A program made the position numbers and the translations under genes. Source: Phoronis australis (taxonomy: Eukaryota; Animalia; Phoronida). From it: a stretch of 64,000 bases of DNA. The notes beneath the pieces were generated by a model. It was not told the DNA's origin, searched no databases, and saw only the letters and a program-made list of their open reading frames with translations. Below are positions 50,501 through 62,719 of this stretch, piece after piece (within the stretch, counting starts at the first letter, position 1; each line of letters opens with the position of its first letter). The DNA lies in contig NMRA01000001.1 of assembly GCA_002633005.1 (NCBI GenBank), forward strand, positions 89,135 through 153,134, read 5' to 3'.

Positions 50501-51251
50501 ACACAAGTTTGTTTGCGCTGAGTTTAAACGTGAGAGAGTCGCGATAAAAATGCAGCGGTTGTAAGTCCTGTGGACTATGCGCAAAAATTTAATGAATCAT
50601 ACATCAGGTTTTTAGTAGCATTTTATTTTAAAAATTCAAAAGGAATATACTGTAGCGCAACAGAAATAGCCACTATACTGCCTTGAACAGTGAATAATCT
50701 GCCCGCAAGAAGGGGGGGTGGTTGGCACAGGTCAGTGAAATGGAACCCGATTGGGGGAGTCACTCACAATTCTTGAGCACGCATACAGGTGCCACGCAGA
50801 TGTCAAGGAGTGACCCCCGGGATACGAGCACACACATCTTCAAACAAAGACAAAAACATAACCTCTGTTACGACGATAGTCATAAGATGACTTATGTTTG
50901 GAAAATTGATCAGACAAATGGTAATTATGATGTGCAAAGAGTAAGTTATGCTCATATTTTGTAATTTGTAGCTTGCGCCGAAGCTTGTTTTCTTTACAAT
51001 ACTGTTTATTTCAACCTAAAAGTAACACAGGAAATTAAAAGAATATTGTCCACAAAACAGTATATGCAGGCAGAATAACAAATATAATAACAAAAAAATA
51101 TAAACACGATTATTACTGACAGATATTGAAATTGCAAAAGACGATTTTTATGTATTGCAACATAATAGATTCGATAATAAACGATCTTAATTACAGACAT
51201 ACCGACACACAAACAGAAAAATCACAAAAATGCCACATCAATGAGGCGTAA

Positions 51252-51563
51252 AGTCCTTATGTTAAAATGCCAATGTGTGTCCATTATCCAAAAATACTTA
51301 ATAAATAAAATCTTATTTTCGATACCCTTTTGTTATATTCTTTTCGCCTTTCGTGCCACAAGCGTTTTTTACCTGTATTTGATCCTTCTCTGTGAGCACA
51401 TAATTATCGTAAGTCATCGGTTATTTCCGTACCCACATTTTCGGCTCGTCAGTTCAGGAACTTGTCCTGAACGCCGCCATTTTTTCCTTGTAACTGAATG
51501 TGCCATCTCTTGCTCGAAATGTCTTCATTATATTCTTTTATTAGTAATATCTCGCGATTCGTT

Positions 51564-51597
<34 letters not shown>

Positions 51598-52914
51598 GTA
51601 TTTATACTTCGTAGTTAGTGGTCGTTAATTTTTTTTGAAATGTTAGGCGTACTTTTGTTCATTATGTTAAAATAGCATTGGTAGAGCGGTCGAACCAATT
51701 TTTTTCGTTTTGAAAAAGTACTTTGCTATCATCGGAAAGATAATGCATCCTACTCAGTATAAATCGAAAAAGTATCAAAATCGTGACAAGCAGTGCAAAG
51801 TTATTGCAATTTTTGTGGCGAAATTTACGTCACTTTGTATCGGGTCGGCAGTCTAGGACGACAGAGGTATAAGTTACGAGTTTAAAACTTTGTGTAAATT
51901 GTTTTCGCCAACAATTTATGGTGAAGTTTAAATAGATATATCTTTACTTACTATTCAACAGTTTTCACCAAATTCCTGCCTCGCAGTTGCTACTTATTAA
52001 GTGATAGATGTGCTCCCAATTCCCGTTGGACTCATATCTAGCGGCACCGACAACATGGAGACCTTTACTGAACTGAAAAGCATGCTCAACAGCTACTTCC
52101 TAATTTGCGAAGATTTAACGTTGACTGATTGTGACAAACATTGCTACAAAAAGGAACTTTGTTCCATTTTAATGCAAAAATAAGGTATTTTCGAATTATA
52201 TTACTATGAATTCCCCATTCAGGTGATCTTACACTAAGCTAAAAAATTGTTGAAATAATTTTTAAAATGTTTTTTGTTTGACAGTCAACTACCGTTCAAG
52301 GCTTGATTATATTTGATATTTTGACGATAGTCTTCATACTGCTAGCTGGCAGGCTAGCTTACCTAAGGGCTGCCGGGGCAGTGTGACACAGGGCCAACCA
52401 TCTCGTATATTTATGAAAGTGTCTGAAACTACCTTTGTATTTTTACGGCATTTATGACTTGAAACTTTTATTGCTACAAAACGGCTTGCAACCGCATGGC
52501 TTTACCGTTCGCCAGTGCCAGGTTTCTGTCCGCCCACGGTCCGATCGGCTGCGGGCCCGAGTGCTGCAAAATAATTTCTGTCAAAATTTGTTCGCCACAT
52601 TTCGTCAGCAAATTCGATAAAATTTTGATTTTATTAACGTTAAGGCGCGCTGTTGTTTATTTTATCCCCGTTTGCAGGCTGGTAACAGACACTGCTCCAG
52701 TCGCACAGACGCCATATACTAAGCCTGTGTTCCAGAATGAATTGTTCGCAGTAAGTTCAAAAAAGCGGTTACCGTGTCTGAATCGGGAAGGTCGCATTTA
52801 GTTAAACTTCATTCGATTACGGATTGTGTATAAGTTAAGGGGTGGGTACTTCTTGGATACTTATAACATCCTATAACCATGTAATGAGGGCTAACAACGT
52901 GTGCTTCTTGGACT
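51252..52914 (-). mobile_element. Kolobok-like element, longer copy of the 27499-28379 family
   Basis: GTAA|AGTCC...GGACT|TAAA ends, with extended identity to both flanks of the 27.7-28.0 kb gap. Confidence 0.7.
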
Positions 52915-53057
52915 TAAACGTATTTAAAACTTGAGTAACGTAGAAAATATATCTGAAACTAAATAAGGCGATCCAGATCCTCCCAAGGATACTATTGTTT
53001 CGTGAAATGAAGAATATAAATCGGTAAATAAAACAACAAGAATGGATCAACTGAAAT

Positions 53058-53095
53058 TTGAAATTTTCGGAGGTAACAACTTCCTTTATCAACAA
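53058..53095 (-). ncRNA. Non-canonical minimal hammerhead-like motif in PLE 3' region
   Basis: Minus strand TTGATAA-A-GGA..loop..TCC-GAAA-AT-TTC, ~105 nt after the stop codon. Compensating C3U/G8A core variant. Confidence 0.5.
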
Positions 53096-53197
53096 AAACA
53101 GAAATAAAGTAAAATCAAACACGAAATGACAATTGACATATAAGATATGGTGTAATGAAAATGATACATTTTTGCGTAAAAAATTCAATGACATATT

Positions 53198-55534
53198 TTA
53201 AGTTTTTATGTTCAATCCATGAGGTTCTATTGTATTCAGTTTGTCTATCCAATATTGTTCTCTTTTAAGTCTGTGAGGGGTACTGGGGTGTTGGAGTTTT
53301 TCTATTATTTGTACAGAAAGATCTTGAATATTATGGTTTTTGGAATTGAAATGATTACCTACAGTATCAGAAATGTTTTTATGTATTATGTTAAATCTAT
53401 GATTACGAAACCGAGTTTGTAGATTATGTTGAGTTTGTCCTACGTATTGGATAGAACATTTTTTACAAGTTATAAGGTAAATAATATTGTTGGTGGTGCA
53501 ATCAGAATAATGTTTTATTTCAAAGTTTTCATTGGTTTGGGAAGACTGGAAAAAAGTGCTATCGTTGATGAAGTTACACATTTTACACCTAGTTTTGTTA
53601 CATTGTGTGTTGCCAATAGGTTTGTCAGTTTGGTGTATATTGTCGATATTAGCTTTAACTAAATAATTTTTTAGATTTTTACATTTTCTCCAAGAAATTA
53701 TAGGGGGATGAGGAAATAGGTTTTTCATTTGAGGGGAAATATGCAGTGTAGAAAGATGTTTTTTGAAGACGTGGCTAATTCCGTTTAAACATGGATTGAA
53801 CATAGTTATGAAAGGTATTCTATTAGTAGTATTGCCTTTAGTTTTAGTTCTTAAAGATTCATTTCGAGTAATTGAGCGGACTTTGTCAAACTGTTTGTGT
53901 ATAAGATGTAAGGGGAAATGACGTTGAATTAGATAGTACTTGAGTTCTTTTAAACGGTTATTAAAGGAAGTTTCTTCTGAACAAATGCGTCGAATTCTTA
54001 GGGCAAGGCTATATGGAAGGCTTTTCTTGCAATGAAAGGGATGACACGAGTGATATGACAGATACTGGTGTTTGTCAGTTTCTTTACAGAATAAGTCAGT
54101 TTCTAGTTTATCATTATTAAGAGTGACAGTTACATCTAAAAATGAGACTTTATTTTGAGAAATGTCATGAGTGAACTTTATAGTAGGGTGAAATTTGTTA
54201 ATATTTTCTAAAAATACATCTAATTTTTGTGGACCATGGGTCCATATCATAAAAATGTCATCAATGTATCTTAGCCAGAGAAGGGGTTTTTCAGAGCAGG
54301 ATTTGATGAAGCTGTTTTCAAGATTTCCCATAAAGAGGTTAGCAAAGGTAGGAGCAACCCTAGTTCCCATGGCTGTGCCTAATATTTGGAGATAGTGATT
54401 ATTATTAAAGGTAAAATGATTCATGGTAAGTACATGTTCAAGAAGAGAGCGAATAAAAGATGTAGGTACATTAGGATTATTACGTTGACTAAGAAACTTG
54501 GTACAGGCTTCTATGCCTTCATGTTGAGGAATATTAGTGTATAAGCTTTTAACATCAAGAGTTACGAGAAGGGCATTTTTAGGTAAATCACTGGTGTTTT
54601 TAATTATATTAAGAAAATGATTCGTATCTTTAACATATGAAGGAAGGGTGGGGACAAATTGCTGAAGATGGTAGTCGGCAAACTGAGAAATTTTTTCTGT
54701 AGGGCAGTTGTTGCTGGCTATAATTGGGCGCCCAGGATTACCTTCTTTGTGGATTTTTGGAAGGAGATAAAAGCGACTAGGTTGAGCATCATTAGGAATG
54801 AGGTAGTTTTTGGTGTCTTTGTCAATGTGACCTAAATGGAAAGCATTCAAAATAGTTTTAGTTATAAGGCTGATATGTTTTGTGTTGGGGTTATTATCTA
54901 AAAGTTTGTAGTATGCTGTGTCATTAAGTTGTCGGAGAGCCTCGTCAATATATTTCTGTTTGTCCATTATAACAACTGCTGATCCTTTATCAGCTGGTTT
55001 AATTATGATTTCTTTGTTTTTAGCGAGATTTGTGAGGGCATCTTTTTCGGACTTAGTAATATTATATTTGTAGTTTTGCTTTTTGTAATTCATAACGTCA
55101 TTAGTAATCGCTTCAATGTAACTTTCGAGGGCATGGTTTTGACTTTTAGGTGGATTCCAATTGCTTTTTTTTTTCTTGAAGGGATTAATTTCTGAAGGGG
55201 AGTTCTGGTTTTCATCTTTGGAAGAATTGGCAAAATATGCTGTCAATCTAAGACGTCTAGCGAAAGTGTAAATATCAATTAGTAATTCATCTTTGTCAAT
55301 ATTGGTTTTGGTAGGACAGAAGTTTAGTCCTGTAGAAAGTAGGCTAACCTCACTATCAGTTAAGTTATGGTTAGATAAATTAACGTTGTTTGTTTCACAG
55401 GTTATAGTTTTCCTAGTGATTTGTCTACGGAACCTTCTGTTACGTTTGACTTTTTTATGGTGTCGTTGGTATTGTCTGCAGGACCGTAGATGACGGTGGT
55501 AGGAATAGGTCGAGACGAAGTCGTTGTAGATGTC
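53198..55534 (-). CDS. Penelope-type reverse transcriptase-GIY-YIG endonuclease polyprotein (778 open codons; no ATG before the conserved N-terminal motif)
   Basis: Motifs VNLS..LLSTGLNFCP, KPADKG, LPKIHK..PGRPI, LDVKSLYTNI, GTAMG, RYIDD, SCHP, CxxxxCxxC linker, IIYLITCKKCSIQYVGQT and REQYWI..GLN. The frame stays open upstream of the track's TTG start up to the TAA at 55537-55535. Confidence 0.95.
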   Translation of the reverse strand, partial: DIYNDFVSTYSYHRHLRSCRQYQRHHKKVKRNRRFRRQITRKTITCETNNVNLSNHNLTDSEVSLLSTGLNFCPTKTNIDKDELLIDIYTFARRLRLTAYFANSSKDENQNSPSEINPFKKKKSNWNPPKSQNHALESYIEAITNDVMNYKKQNYKYNITKSEKDALTNLAKNKEIIIKPADKGSAVVIMDKQKYIDEALRQLNDTAYYKLLDNNPNTKHISLITKTILNAFHLGHIDKDTKNYLIPNDAQPSRFYLLPKIHKEGNPGRPIIASNNCPTEKISQFADYHLQQFVPTLPSYVKDTNHFLNIIKNTSDLPKNALLVTLDVKSLYTNIPQHEGIEACTKFLSQRNNPNVPTSFIRSLLEHVLTMNHFTFNNNHYLQILGTAMGTRVAPTFANLFMGNLENSFIKSCSEKPLLWLRYIDDIFMIWTHGPQKLDVFLENINKFHPTIKFTHDISQNKVSFLDVTVTLNNDKLETDLFCKETDKHQYLSYHSCHPFHCKKSLPYSLALRIRRICSEETSFNNRLKELKYYLIQRHFPLHLIHKQFDKVRSITRNESLRTKTKGNTTNRIPFITMFNPCLNGISHVFKKHLSTLHISPQMKNLFPHPPIISWRKCKNLKNYLVKANIDNIHQTDKPIGNTQCNKTRCKMCNFINDSTFFQSSQTNENFEIKHYSDCTTNNIIYLITCKKCSIQYVGQTQHNLQTRFRNHRFNIIHKNISDTVGNHFNSKNHNIQDLSVQIIEKLQHPSTPHRLKREQYWIDKLNTIEPHGLNIKT

Positions 55535-55755
55535 TTAGAGTATTTGTTCTTTCCTTTGTACTTGTGGTGCCGTACTTTTTTCGAATTAGTGTGGCCGTTC
55601 TTGGGTGCGTTGAATTCTGCAATGTTATCTTCACTATGGGATTCCTGAAGAGGCTCGAATCTGTTGGTGGTAAAGATTACTTCCTCTGATGTAAATGACC
55701 TATATTTTGTTGTAGATTTGAGGTAATGTGTGGTGAATGGACATGTCATCAACAT
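55402..55755 (-). CDS. Upstream overlapping ORF of the PLE (117 aa, basic/low complexity)
   Basis: ATG-initiated and overlaps the RT frame by 133 nt. A -1 shift would fuse the two. Confidence 0.4.
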   Translation of the reverse strand: MLMTCPFTTHYLKSTTKYRSFTSEEVIFTTNRFEPLQESHSEDNIAEFNAPKNGHTNSKKVRHHKYKGKNKYSKTSTTTSSRPIPTTVIYGPADNTNDTIKKSNVTEGSVDKSLGKL

Positions 55756-56849
55756 TTGAATCAGGGGAGTAGAAGATATGAATACGATCTATTTGGTTGA
55801 CATGACAATGTTTAGTGCGTCACATTTACAAACAATTGTTACATTTTGAAAATTGTGGATAATGTTTTATGAAATAAAGAATAGAGCAGCGTTTAATTGA
55901 TCAAAATTGTTTCTATGATTCTGGTGATATACAAGTGGTTGGCACGGATTCATGAAACTCATAGGACAGATGTCTTTTGACAGCAGGTTTGATACGATTG
56001 CAGATATTGTGCAATGTTTAGATGACATCAGAACAACATTACATAAATAGATGCGATGGATGAGAGTAGATTTACAAATTGAAATTGAAAGATATGAGAA
56101 ATTACAAACCCAGGAAAAATTTTTAATGTTTGATAAAATTGTGCCCTTCCGCATTTGTTCAAGAGAAGTATATTGGACTTTTTATTCGTGTTGTGAGGGG
56201 CCTTGTAAGTGTGAATAATGGGGGGCGTTTGTGTTATGCCTAAGGGTAAACGTCGAACGTTTTTGCTTTACTGAAATCCTTTTTGGATCCAGATACATAC
56301 AAGACTGTCTAATCCTGGAGCCTATCTAGACACATAAGTCCTTAAAATAACTGACCAATATACATTGTATTCTTAGGTTTATTAATCAGATTAAATAATT
56401 AAATAACGTATTTATTTCTTCCAAAAATTGATACAACAACCCACGATTTGGAGACTAGCGGCCACAAGAACAGACACAACTAAGCATTTTATGAGGCTAA
56501 CACGCTAACATTTGGGATGTTGCTACCTCAACTCCAAAATAAGCTGAAGCCAGACAGTGACTAACCTACACGCATCCTAATCGATTCGCAAACTATCTTA
56601 TTGCCAGGATTTGATTGACGGTTTAACTGACTAATCAGAATGCAGCATTGTCGACACACCTTCGATTTCAAGCCACCATTTTAACCGAAAAACAATGCGT
56701 TGTCGGTAAAACTAATCGTTTGTATGTAGGGTGTCACGTGACTTTTCTCACAGTGTCGGAGCTTGCAATAGGTCAATTAATGCACGTGGTTTACATGTAC
56801 ATGTAGATACCGGTTAGGTTATTATCAAAGGGGCGATATACTTTTTTGA

Positions 56850-57190
56850 CGCGTGTAATTTCTTTTATTCGATTTCTTGCCTTCCAAGGGTTGACAAATC
56901 GTGGTGATGATTGAACTATTAATTCGGTGAAGACATTGAAATTATTCAGGTATCATATATTGAGCTGTTGGGTGATTTTGACCCCCGCTTTTTGGAAGCA
57001 AATCAGGAAATGTATATTAATCCTTGAAGTGTAACACATCACACATCATATTTGTCTTCCAATATTTGTGAGGAATTTATTGAATCAATAATGGAACAAG
57101 TTCTTTCCATTATTCTAGAAGAAGTAGAAGAATCAAAAAGTATTATTCCATAGATTTCACTCCAGATATTTCGCAATGAACTGTCTGACA
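56850..57190 (+). pseudogene. hAT (ZMYM1/DUF4371-type) transposase remnant
   Basis: Frameshifted VISFIRFLAFQGLTNRGDD...ELLGDFDP...SYLSSNICEEFIE...KYYSI.FTPDIS. Confidence 0.75.
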
Positions 57191-57847
57191 AAGCTTCATA
57201 CCTGGACGCTGTCGGGAACTACAAGCTCGGATTCGACAAATAAACGAGTCGGATTCAAATTAAGACAAATTATGAATCAAGCCGTTTAATAAACCAAAAA
57301 GAACCAATGGGCTCATCATTTTGATAGCACTATCAATCAGGAAACTGGTACACGTCTCAATTAAAACCAAATCAAAACTGAATTTCCAAATCAGTAGGCA
57401 TAATTACCCAATTACTCGCCTTACAGAGCAAATTAGAGTAATTAACAGGTAATATCACGCTGCGCCATTTTCGCCTGCGTGGTTCGTAGTCCTGCCGTTC
57501 AAATGACATTTGTTTGATTAACTTGTATTTTGAAAAGCACATCACTTAATTTACACTGTTCAAACATGTAGCATTGTTTGTAATATATTTGAACAGTACT
57601 AACTAATGAATTGCATTGAAATACAAAATAATTGGGCAAATTACACTCCAGCTGTGCTAATTGAGGAACAACTAAACCGATATGCAGAAATACATATTGA
57701 AAAAGGTAAAACAGGACACAATAAATGACGAAGTGGAAAATGTTTTTCGATTCAGAGTTGAGGTCCAAATTATGCATGTTTATCTACTGATCGCACAACT
57801 TGACATTTCCACTTCCTTGAAGACTTGCAAAGCGCCTGCACTTGAAT

Positions 57848-59180
57848 ATGGGAGCCTTTTATCTACTGTGTTATACTGCTTTACTGCTTCTTAAATATGG
57901 ATCTGCTATAAGTGCAGTGTTCCAGAAAACCAATGATTATAGAGACAATTGTACTGCCACTGCAATATACCATGGTGTAGTTTTATTGTATTGCACCTCC
58001 ACTTGTTTGATGGAGCGTGATTCCAATCCCCAATTCTGTGTGGGGTTAAACTATCACGCAGAGGAAATGACATGCGAACTCTGCAACGCATGTCCTGCGA
58101 AACCGTCACCATCTCCCGGGTGGTCCGTCTGGACAATTTCCGGTCGAGAACAGAATAACTACTTCGGTAAGTAATTGTGTAACTATACTTTTGCTTATCG
58201 ACAAGAACGTCAGATAGCCATCAACAGCTTGTTACATGAAACAATCCCATATAGGTACTCAAAGCTGGATTTTACTTTTTAAAGTTGGATGTTATAGTCT
58301 TAAATTGCATCACAGTCAGCTTAGAGCGATAGCTACAAGGGCTTCACGAAGAACTGGTCGTCATTGCTTGAGAACAGGGTCTTCAAGTTAACGTGTGGTA
58401 TGCGTCAAACATGATTAGTAAGTGGAGCCTGCAATTTTTCTAAGCCAAGAAACCCGCCCTTCTCATCTAAGTTACGATTAATTGGTATGATTTAACATGT
58501 GAAGTGGTAAATTTGTATAAATCACGTAACCAAGATTTTGACGGAAAGCGGACGTTTTCATGGTATCCGCTTTAATTTTTGTAGGTTCATGCGAAGACTG
58601 GAAAAAGATAGGATGTATTGAGGATGGTGAGTATACTCTAGACCCGGATGGACAAGGTGGACTGCCCAAATTCAAAGTAGAATGTAAAATGAATGGACCG
58701 TCAGAAGCATCAAAGACCATTATCCATCACGATCGTGAGGAGAAGACGGACGCAGGTGATTGCGAGTGCCCCTTGTGCTGCGTTGTTAGTGTAACGTACG
58801 TGGCGACCATAGAACAGATCGTACACGTGATCAGAGCATCAACACGGTGTGAGCAATATATTTCTTATGACTGCATTGGGTCTTGTTTTGAGTTTGATGG
58901 TGAACAATATATTGGTTTTTACTCACGAGAGGGACAGTTGCAAGATTACTGGGGCGGAGCTACATCGGGAAGCAAAAGTTGCGCATGCGGTATGGACAAC
59001 ACGTGCGATAAGCAAGACGGTAAGTGTAACTGTTTTTCAAATACCTTGCGCTGGTTATCGGATTCTGGACTTATTACGGATAAAGATACGCTTCCCGTGT
59101 CTAAAATGGCATTTGGAGACTTGGGCGGTGACAACGAAAAGGGGAAATACCAACTTGGACCTCTCAAATGTTTCTCTTAA
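57848..59180 (+). CDS. Secreted protein: signal peptide + PAN/apple-like domain + Caspr/neurexin-IV-type fibrinogen-like domain
   Basis: Exon 57848-58166 (MGAFYLLCYTALLLL..; CxxxC..CVGLNY..CELC; G|GTAAGT) joins in phase 1 to exon 58585-59180 (SCED..GEYTLDPDGQGG..F.VEC..CEQYISYDC..YWGGA..CACG..CNC..DSGLITDKDTLPV..FGD..LGPLKC). Confidence 0.88.
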
Positions 59181-60307
59181 ATTTCTTTGCGTGAAATGGA
59201 GGAGAAGGAGACGTACAGTGTAGGCCTATTGTAGTCAGCCGACGGCAAATTTGTATATAAGTCAGGAATTGCAACAAGTGAGCAAGTATTTATTTTCACA
59301 AACGGGCAGATCTTATGTTTCATGTGTGTATTTTCAGCGACGTTGTGAAATTTTGTTACGTGTGCCAGCAGGAAAGATTGTAGCGGGCACGTGTTTCTCT
59401 GGATCTGGAATGCCACCTCGGGCAAATGAAGTGTGCATCCCATTATTGTTGGATATTGCTAGCGCGAGAGTTTGCAATATGGAATTATGGTGGTTTTCTA
59501 TTATGCGTTGTGTTCGAGTGTTGTAGNCGGACGCAGGTGATTGCGAGTGCCCCTTGTGCTGCGTTGTTAGTGTAACGTACGTGGCGACCATAGAACAGAT
59601 CGTACACGTGATCAGAGCATCAACACGGTGTGAGCAATATATTTCTTATGACTGCATTGGGTCTTGTTTTGAGTTTGATGGTGAACAATATATTGGTTTT
59701 TACTCACGAGAGGGACAGTTGCAAGATTACTGGGGCGGAGCTACATCGGGAAGCAAAAGTTGCGCATGCGGTATGGACAACACGTGCGATAAGCAAGCCG
59801 GTAAGTGCAACTGTTTTTCAAATACCTTGCGCTGGTTATCGGATTCTGGACTTATTACGGATAAAGATACGCTTCCCGTGTCTAAAATGGCATTTGGAGA
59901 CTTGGGCGGTGACGACGAAAAGGGGAAATACCAACTCGGACCTCTCAAATGTTTCTCTTAAATTTCTTTGCATGAAGTGGAGGAGAAGGAGACGTACACT
60001 GTCGGCCTATTGTAGTCAGCCGACGGCAAATTTGTATATCAGTCAGGAATTGCAACAAGTGAGCAAGTATTTATTTTCACAAACGGGCAGATCTTATGTT
60101 TCATGTGTGTATTTTCAGCGACGTTGTGAAATTTTGTTACGTGTGCCGGCAGGAAAGATTGTAGCGGGCACGTGTTTCTCTGGATCTGGAATGCCACCTC
60201 GGGCAAATGAAGTGTGCATCCCATTATTGTTGGATATTGCTAGCGCGAGAGTTTGCAATATGGAATTATGGTCGTTTTCTATTATGCGTTGTGTTCGAGT
60301 GTTTTAG
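58747..60307. repeat. 780-bp tandem duplication (58747-59526 / 59528-60307) joined by a single N; probable allelic artefact
   Basis: The second copy starts mid-exon right after n59527 and differs by a few SNPs. Confidence 0.9.
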
Positions 60308-61744
60308 TTTTGAAGCCTAATTTTATTGCTTCATTTTCAATTTGTCATACTTTTTCATCAGCGAGAACCTTAGGAGGCCCTATTCCAGACAACCTAGCCG
60401 AATGTCGTGAATAGTCTCAGACATTGGCCTCTGATTTTTCAGCTGGCTTCAGTCTTAGAACTTTCGACAACCTACATGTATTAAATTAAAAGCTAGGAGT
60501 TCTTCAACAAGACATTTTTAGTGTCAAAATCATTACACTGTATAATACGGAAAGAAGTGACATTTGGTTTTTGGGTGTTTGTTGTGGAATTGTAAATGAT
60601 AAACTAGGCCCTACTTACAAAATTTTAAAGTAGCTTTCGTGTATTAACTTGAGTGGCTAAGTGGGAGTGTGTGTATTTTTATGCTTCTATGATATTTCAT
60701 TCGTGGAATATTTACTTGTTTTCGAGATGCTTTTTGCTAATGCGATTTTTCAGCTGCAGTCATTCAGTGTTTTCTGTAATAATTACCACTACCTGTGAAA
60801 TAAAATTTAAGAAATAAAAAGTTTACACTGTAACAGAATCCAGTTGAGTACTTTGTATTACTGACGACATACATTTTACTTGCCAATTGTCCAAATCTCG
60901 GCCCACTGGCCCCATTTGAATTTTTCCCGTCACTATCCCGCCACACCATCAAAATATCCTGCATTTTCAGACGTAGCATATTATTCTGTGTTAGCATAAT
61001 TTCCCACCCGACATGGTACGATTTTCTTGTTCGACAAAGACGAGAAAAACGAGACGCCTTGAGTTTTCGGGGCACCATCTATGTCTTACTCAACTTCAAA
61101 AAAACCTGCCTGGCGCTTTAGGGTGGTACGCCTCCGGTTCAATAAAACATATTCTTGCTACGAAAATCCCCCCTTTCGTTTTGGGATTTACTGTAGACCG
61201 AGTTATTCCGCTTTTCAATTTCATTTTCCCTCGACAGCTGTAACAAGTATTAGGGGAACTAATATACCTGTCTATACTGCAGAAGATGACGTTGTTGTCA
61301 CTGTTGGGACAGCCCGTTAGTACATGTATAAGCTATCTTCCAAAAGGTAGCGCTGTAAGACAGTGTGGTCGTAGGCCTACTCAAGTCACGTCTTAAAACC
61401 TATGATGCACTCTTTATGCAAGTAGGGAGAAAAGTGACTCGCAGCCTCCCGAAAGAATTGGTCAACTTTCATTTGGTGCAGAGAATAAATGAGGTGGGTG
61501 AATAAATAAAAGCAATCTAGTCTGTTGGCTTTACGCTCTGAATTCATGACAGCACTGGGCTTCCGGTAGTTGGTTCCTGACAGGTTATCTACCATTAGCT
61601 AATAAAGCAGGGAAGCAAGTGGTTATCATCCCTTTTTACATATATACATGGGTGTATGAGATGTATGTGTTAACAAGATGTGGAGATCAGTCAGTATTAG
61701 GAACGCAAAAAACTACAGCCCCAGCAACTGTGCCGGACTCTAAT

Positions 61745-62010
61745 CATGCGTGCACCCAGCCTTCAATATGGGGGGCTCGAATTCCTGGCGGTGTGGTCCT
61801 TTTACTAACAAAATACAAAATAGTCGGTTGACTAAAAAAGAGTACCACGACCGAAGCCGTTAGTGCTGTGAAATGTGCGTTTGCATGTTTTTAGTGGACA
61901 TTTACCTCGTTTTCTCGGATTTTTGTTTCTCTGAGGCGGACCTTTTTGCCCACTTTGCCAAATGGGAGGGGTTCGTTCGAGCCCCCCGAGCCCCCATGGG
62001 TGCGCCCATG
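61745..62010. mobile_element. Uninterrupted CATG-terminus MITE (family of 13895-16458)
   Basis: CATGCGTGCACCCA...TGGGTGCGCCCATG with flanks CTAAT/TTAAT. Confidence 0.75.
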
Positions 62011-62640
62011 TTAATCATATGCCAACACTGAATTTAGCAGTGACCTTTTCAGTATACTTCTTGAATTTTTAGACTAAAAAATACATCCATAGCATATACA
62101 AAATATTTATCCTTATACAATGTATAGGCTACATTTGAAAATTTGTTTTCGACCGAGTAATTTTGTGCATGAACTTTTCGTTATGTTACCTGATTGGAAG
62201 GTAAACAAATCCTCATGTTCTTTCAAGACTTGTTTCTGAAAATTCATTGTGGCCTATCAGCGGTCATGTGTCATCAACTGTCACTTTCCAATGATGCCGT
62301 CCAGACCGGCGTCAGATGTTACCATTCGCTTTGTGACCAATCAGACTCTTTAAAATCAAAATTCCTGACCACAAAACAATAACACGATGCCAAAACATGA
62401 AAGCATGGTAGAGTTCAGTCATTCTGACGTCATTGTGACGTTTTGGATCCAGCAGTGTGACGCCATGTCCATCCGTCAAGTACTGTAGTTCCGTGTCCAA
62501 ATTGCGTCATCCAGGCCTACTCTCTTGACACGTCATCACTAAACATCCAAACTGAATGTTTTCGTATGACTTCACCAATTAGCCAGGTCATCCGCCATAT
62601 GTTTAAGGACAAGCATCTCGGTATATTTGTGTTGACATGC

Positions 62641-62719
62641 GTGAGGCAGGTTGACTCAGTGGTTTGCATGAACTCCAGACTTCTGTTTTGGAAATCTGGG
62701 TTCGAATCCTGGCTTCACT
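62641..62719 (+). pseudogene. tRNA-like sequence (Arg-TCT-like pseudogene or SINE head)
   Basis: A-box TGACTCAGTGG, arm CCAGA-CTTCTGT-TTTGG, B-box GGTTCGAATCC and GTGAGG/CTTCAC pairing. The D region is too long for a canonical tRNA. Confidence 0.5.

Larger units (their letters stand above)
52970..56294 (-). mobile_element. Near full-length Penelope-like retroelement (Naiad/Neptune-type architecture)
   Basis: RT + GIY-YIG ORF, bounded by the 9-bp direct repeat GATCCAGAT (52970-52978, 56286-56294), with a hammerhead-like motif in the 3' region. Confidence 0.85.

Noticed and set aside
53198-55534. Selenoprotein-type (UGA-recoding) Naiad element
   Set aside because: No in-frame TGA in the RT-EN frame and no SECIS recognised.
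59554-59961. Second FBG-like gene copy
   Set aside because: Begins mid-exon at a single N; probably the other allele.
62641-62719. Functional tRNA-Arg(TCT)
   Set aside because: Over-long unpaired D region, several G-T pairs and only a 6-bp acceptor; kept as tRNA-like only.
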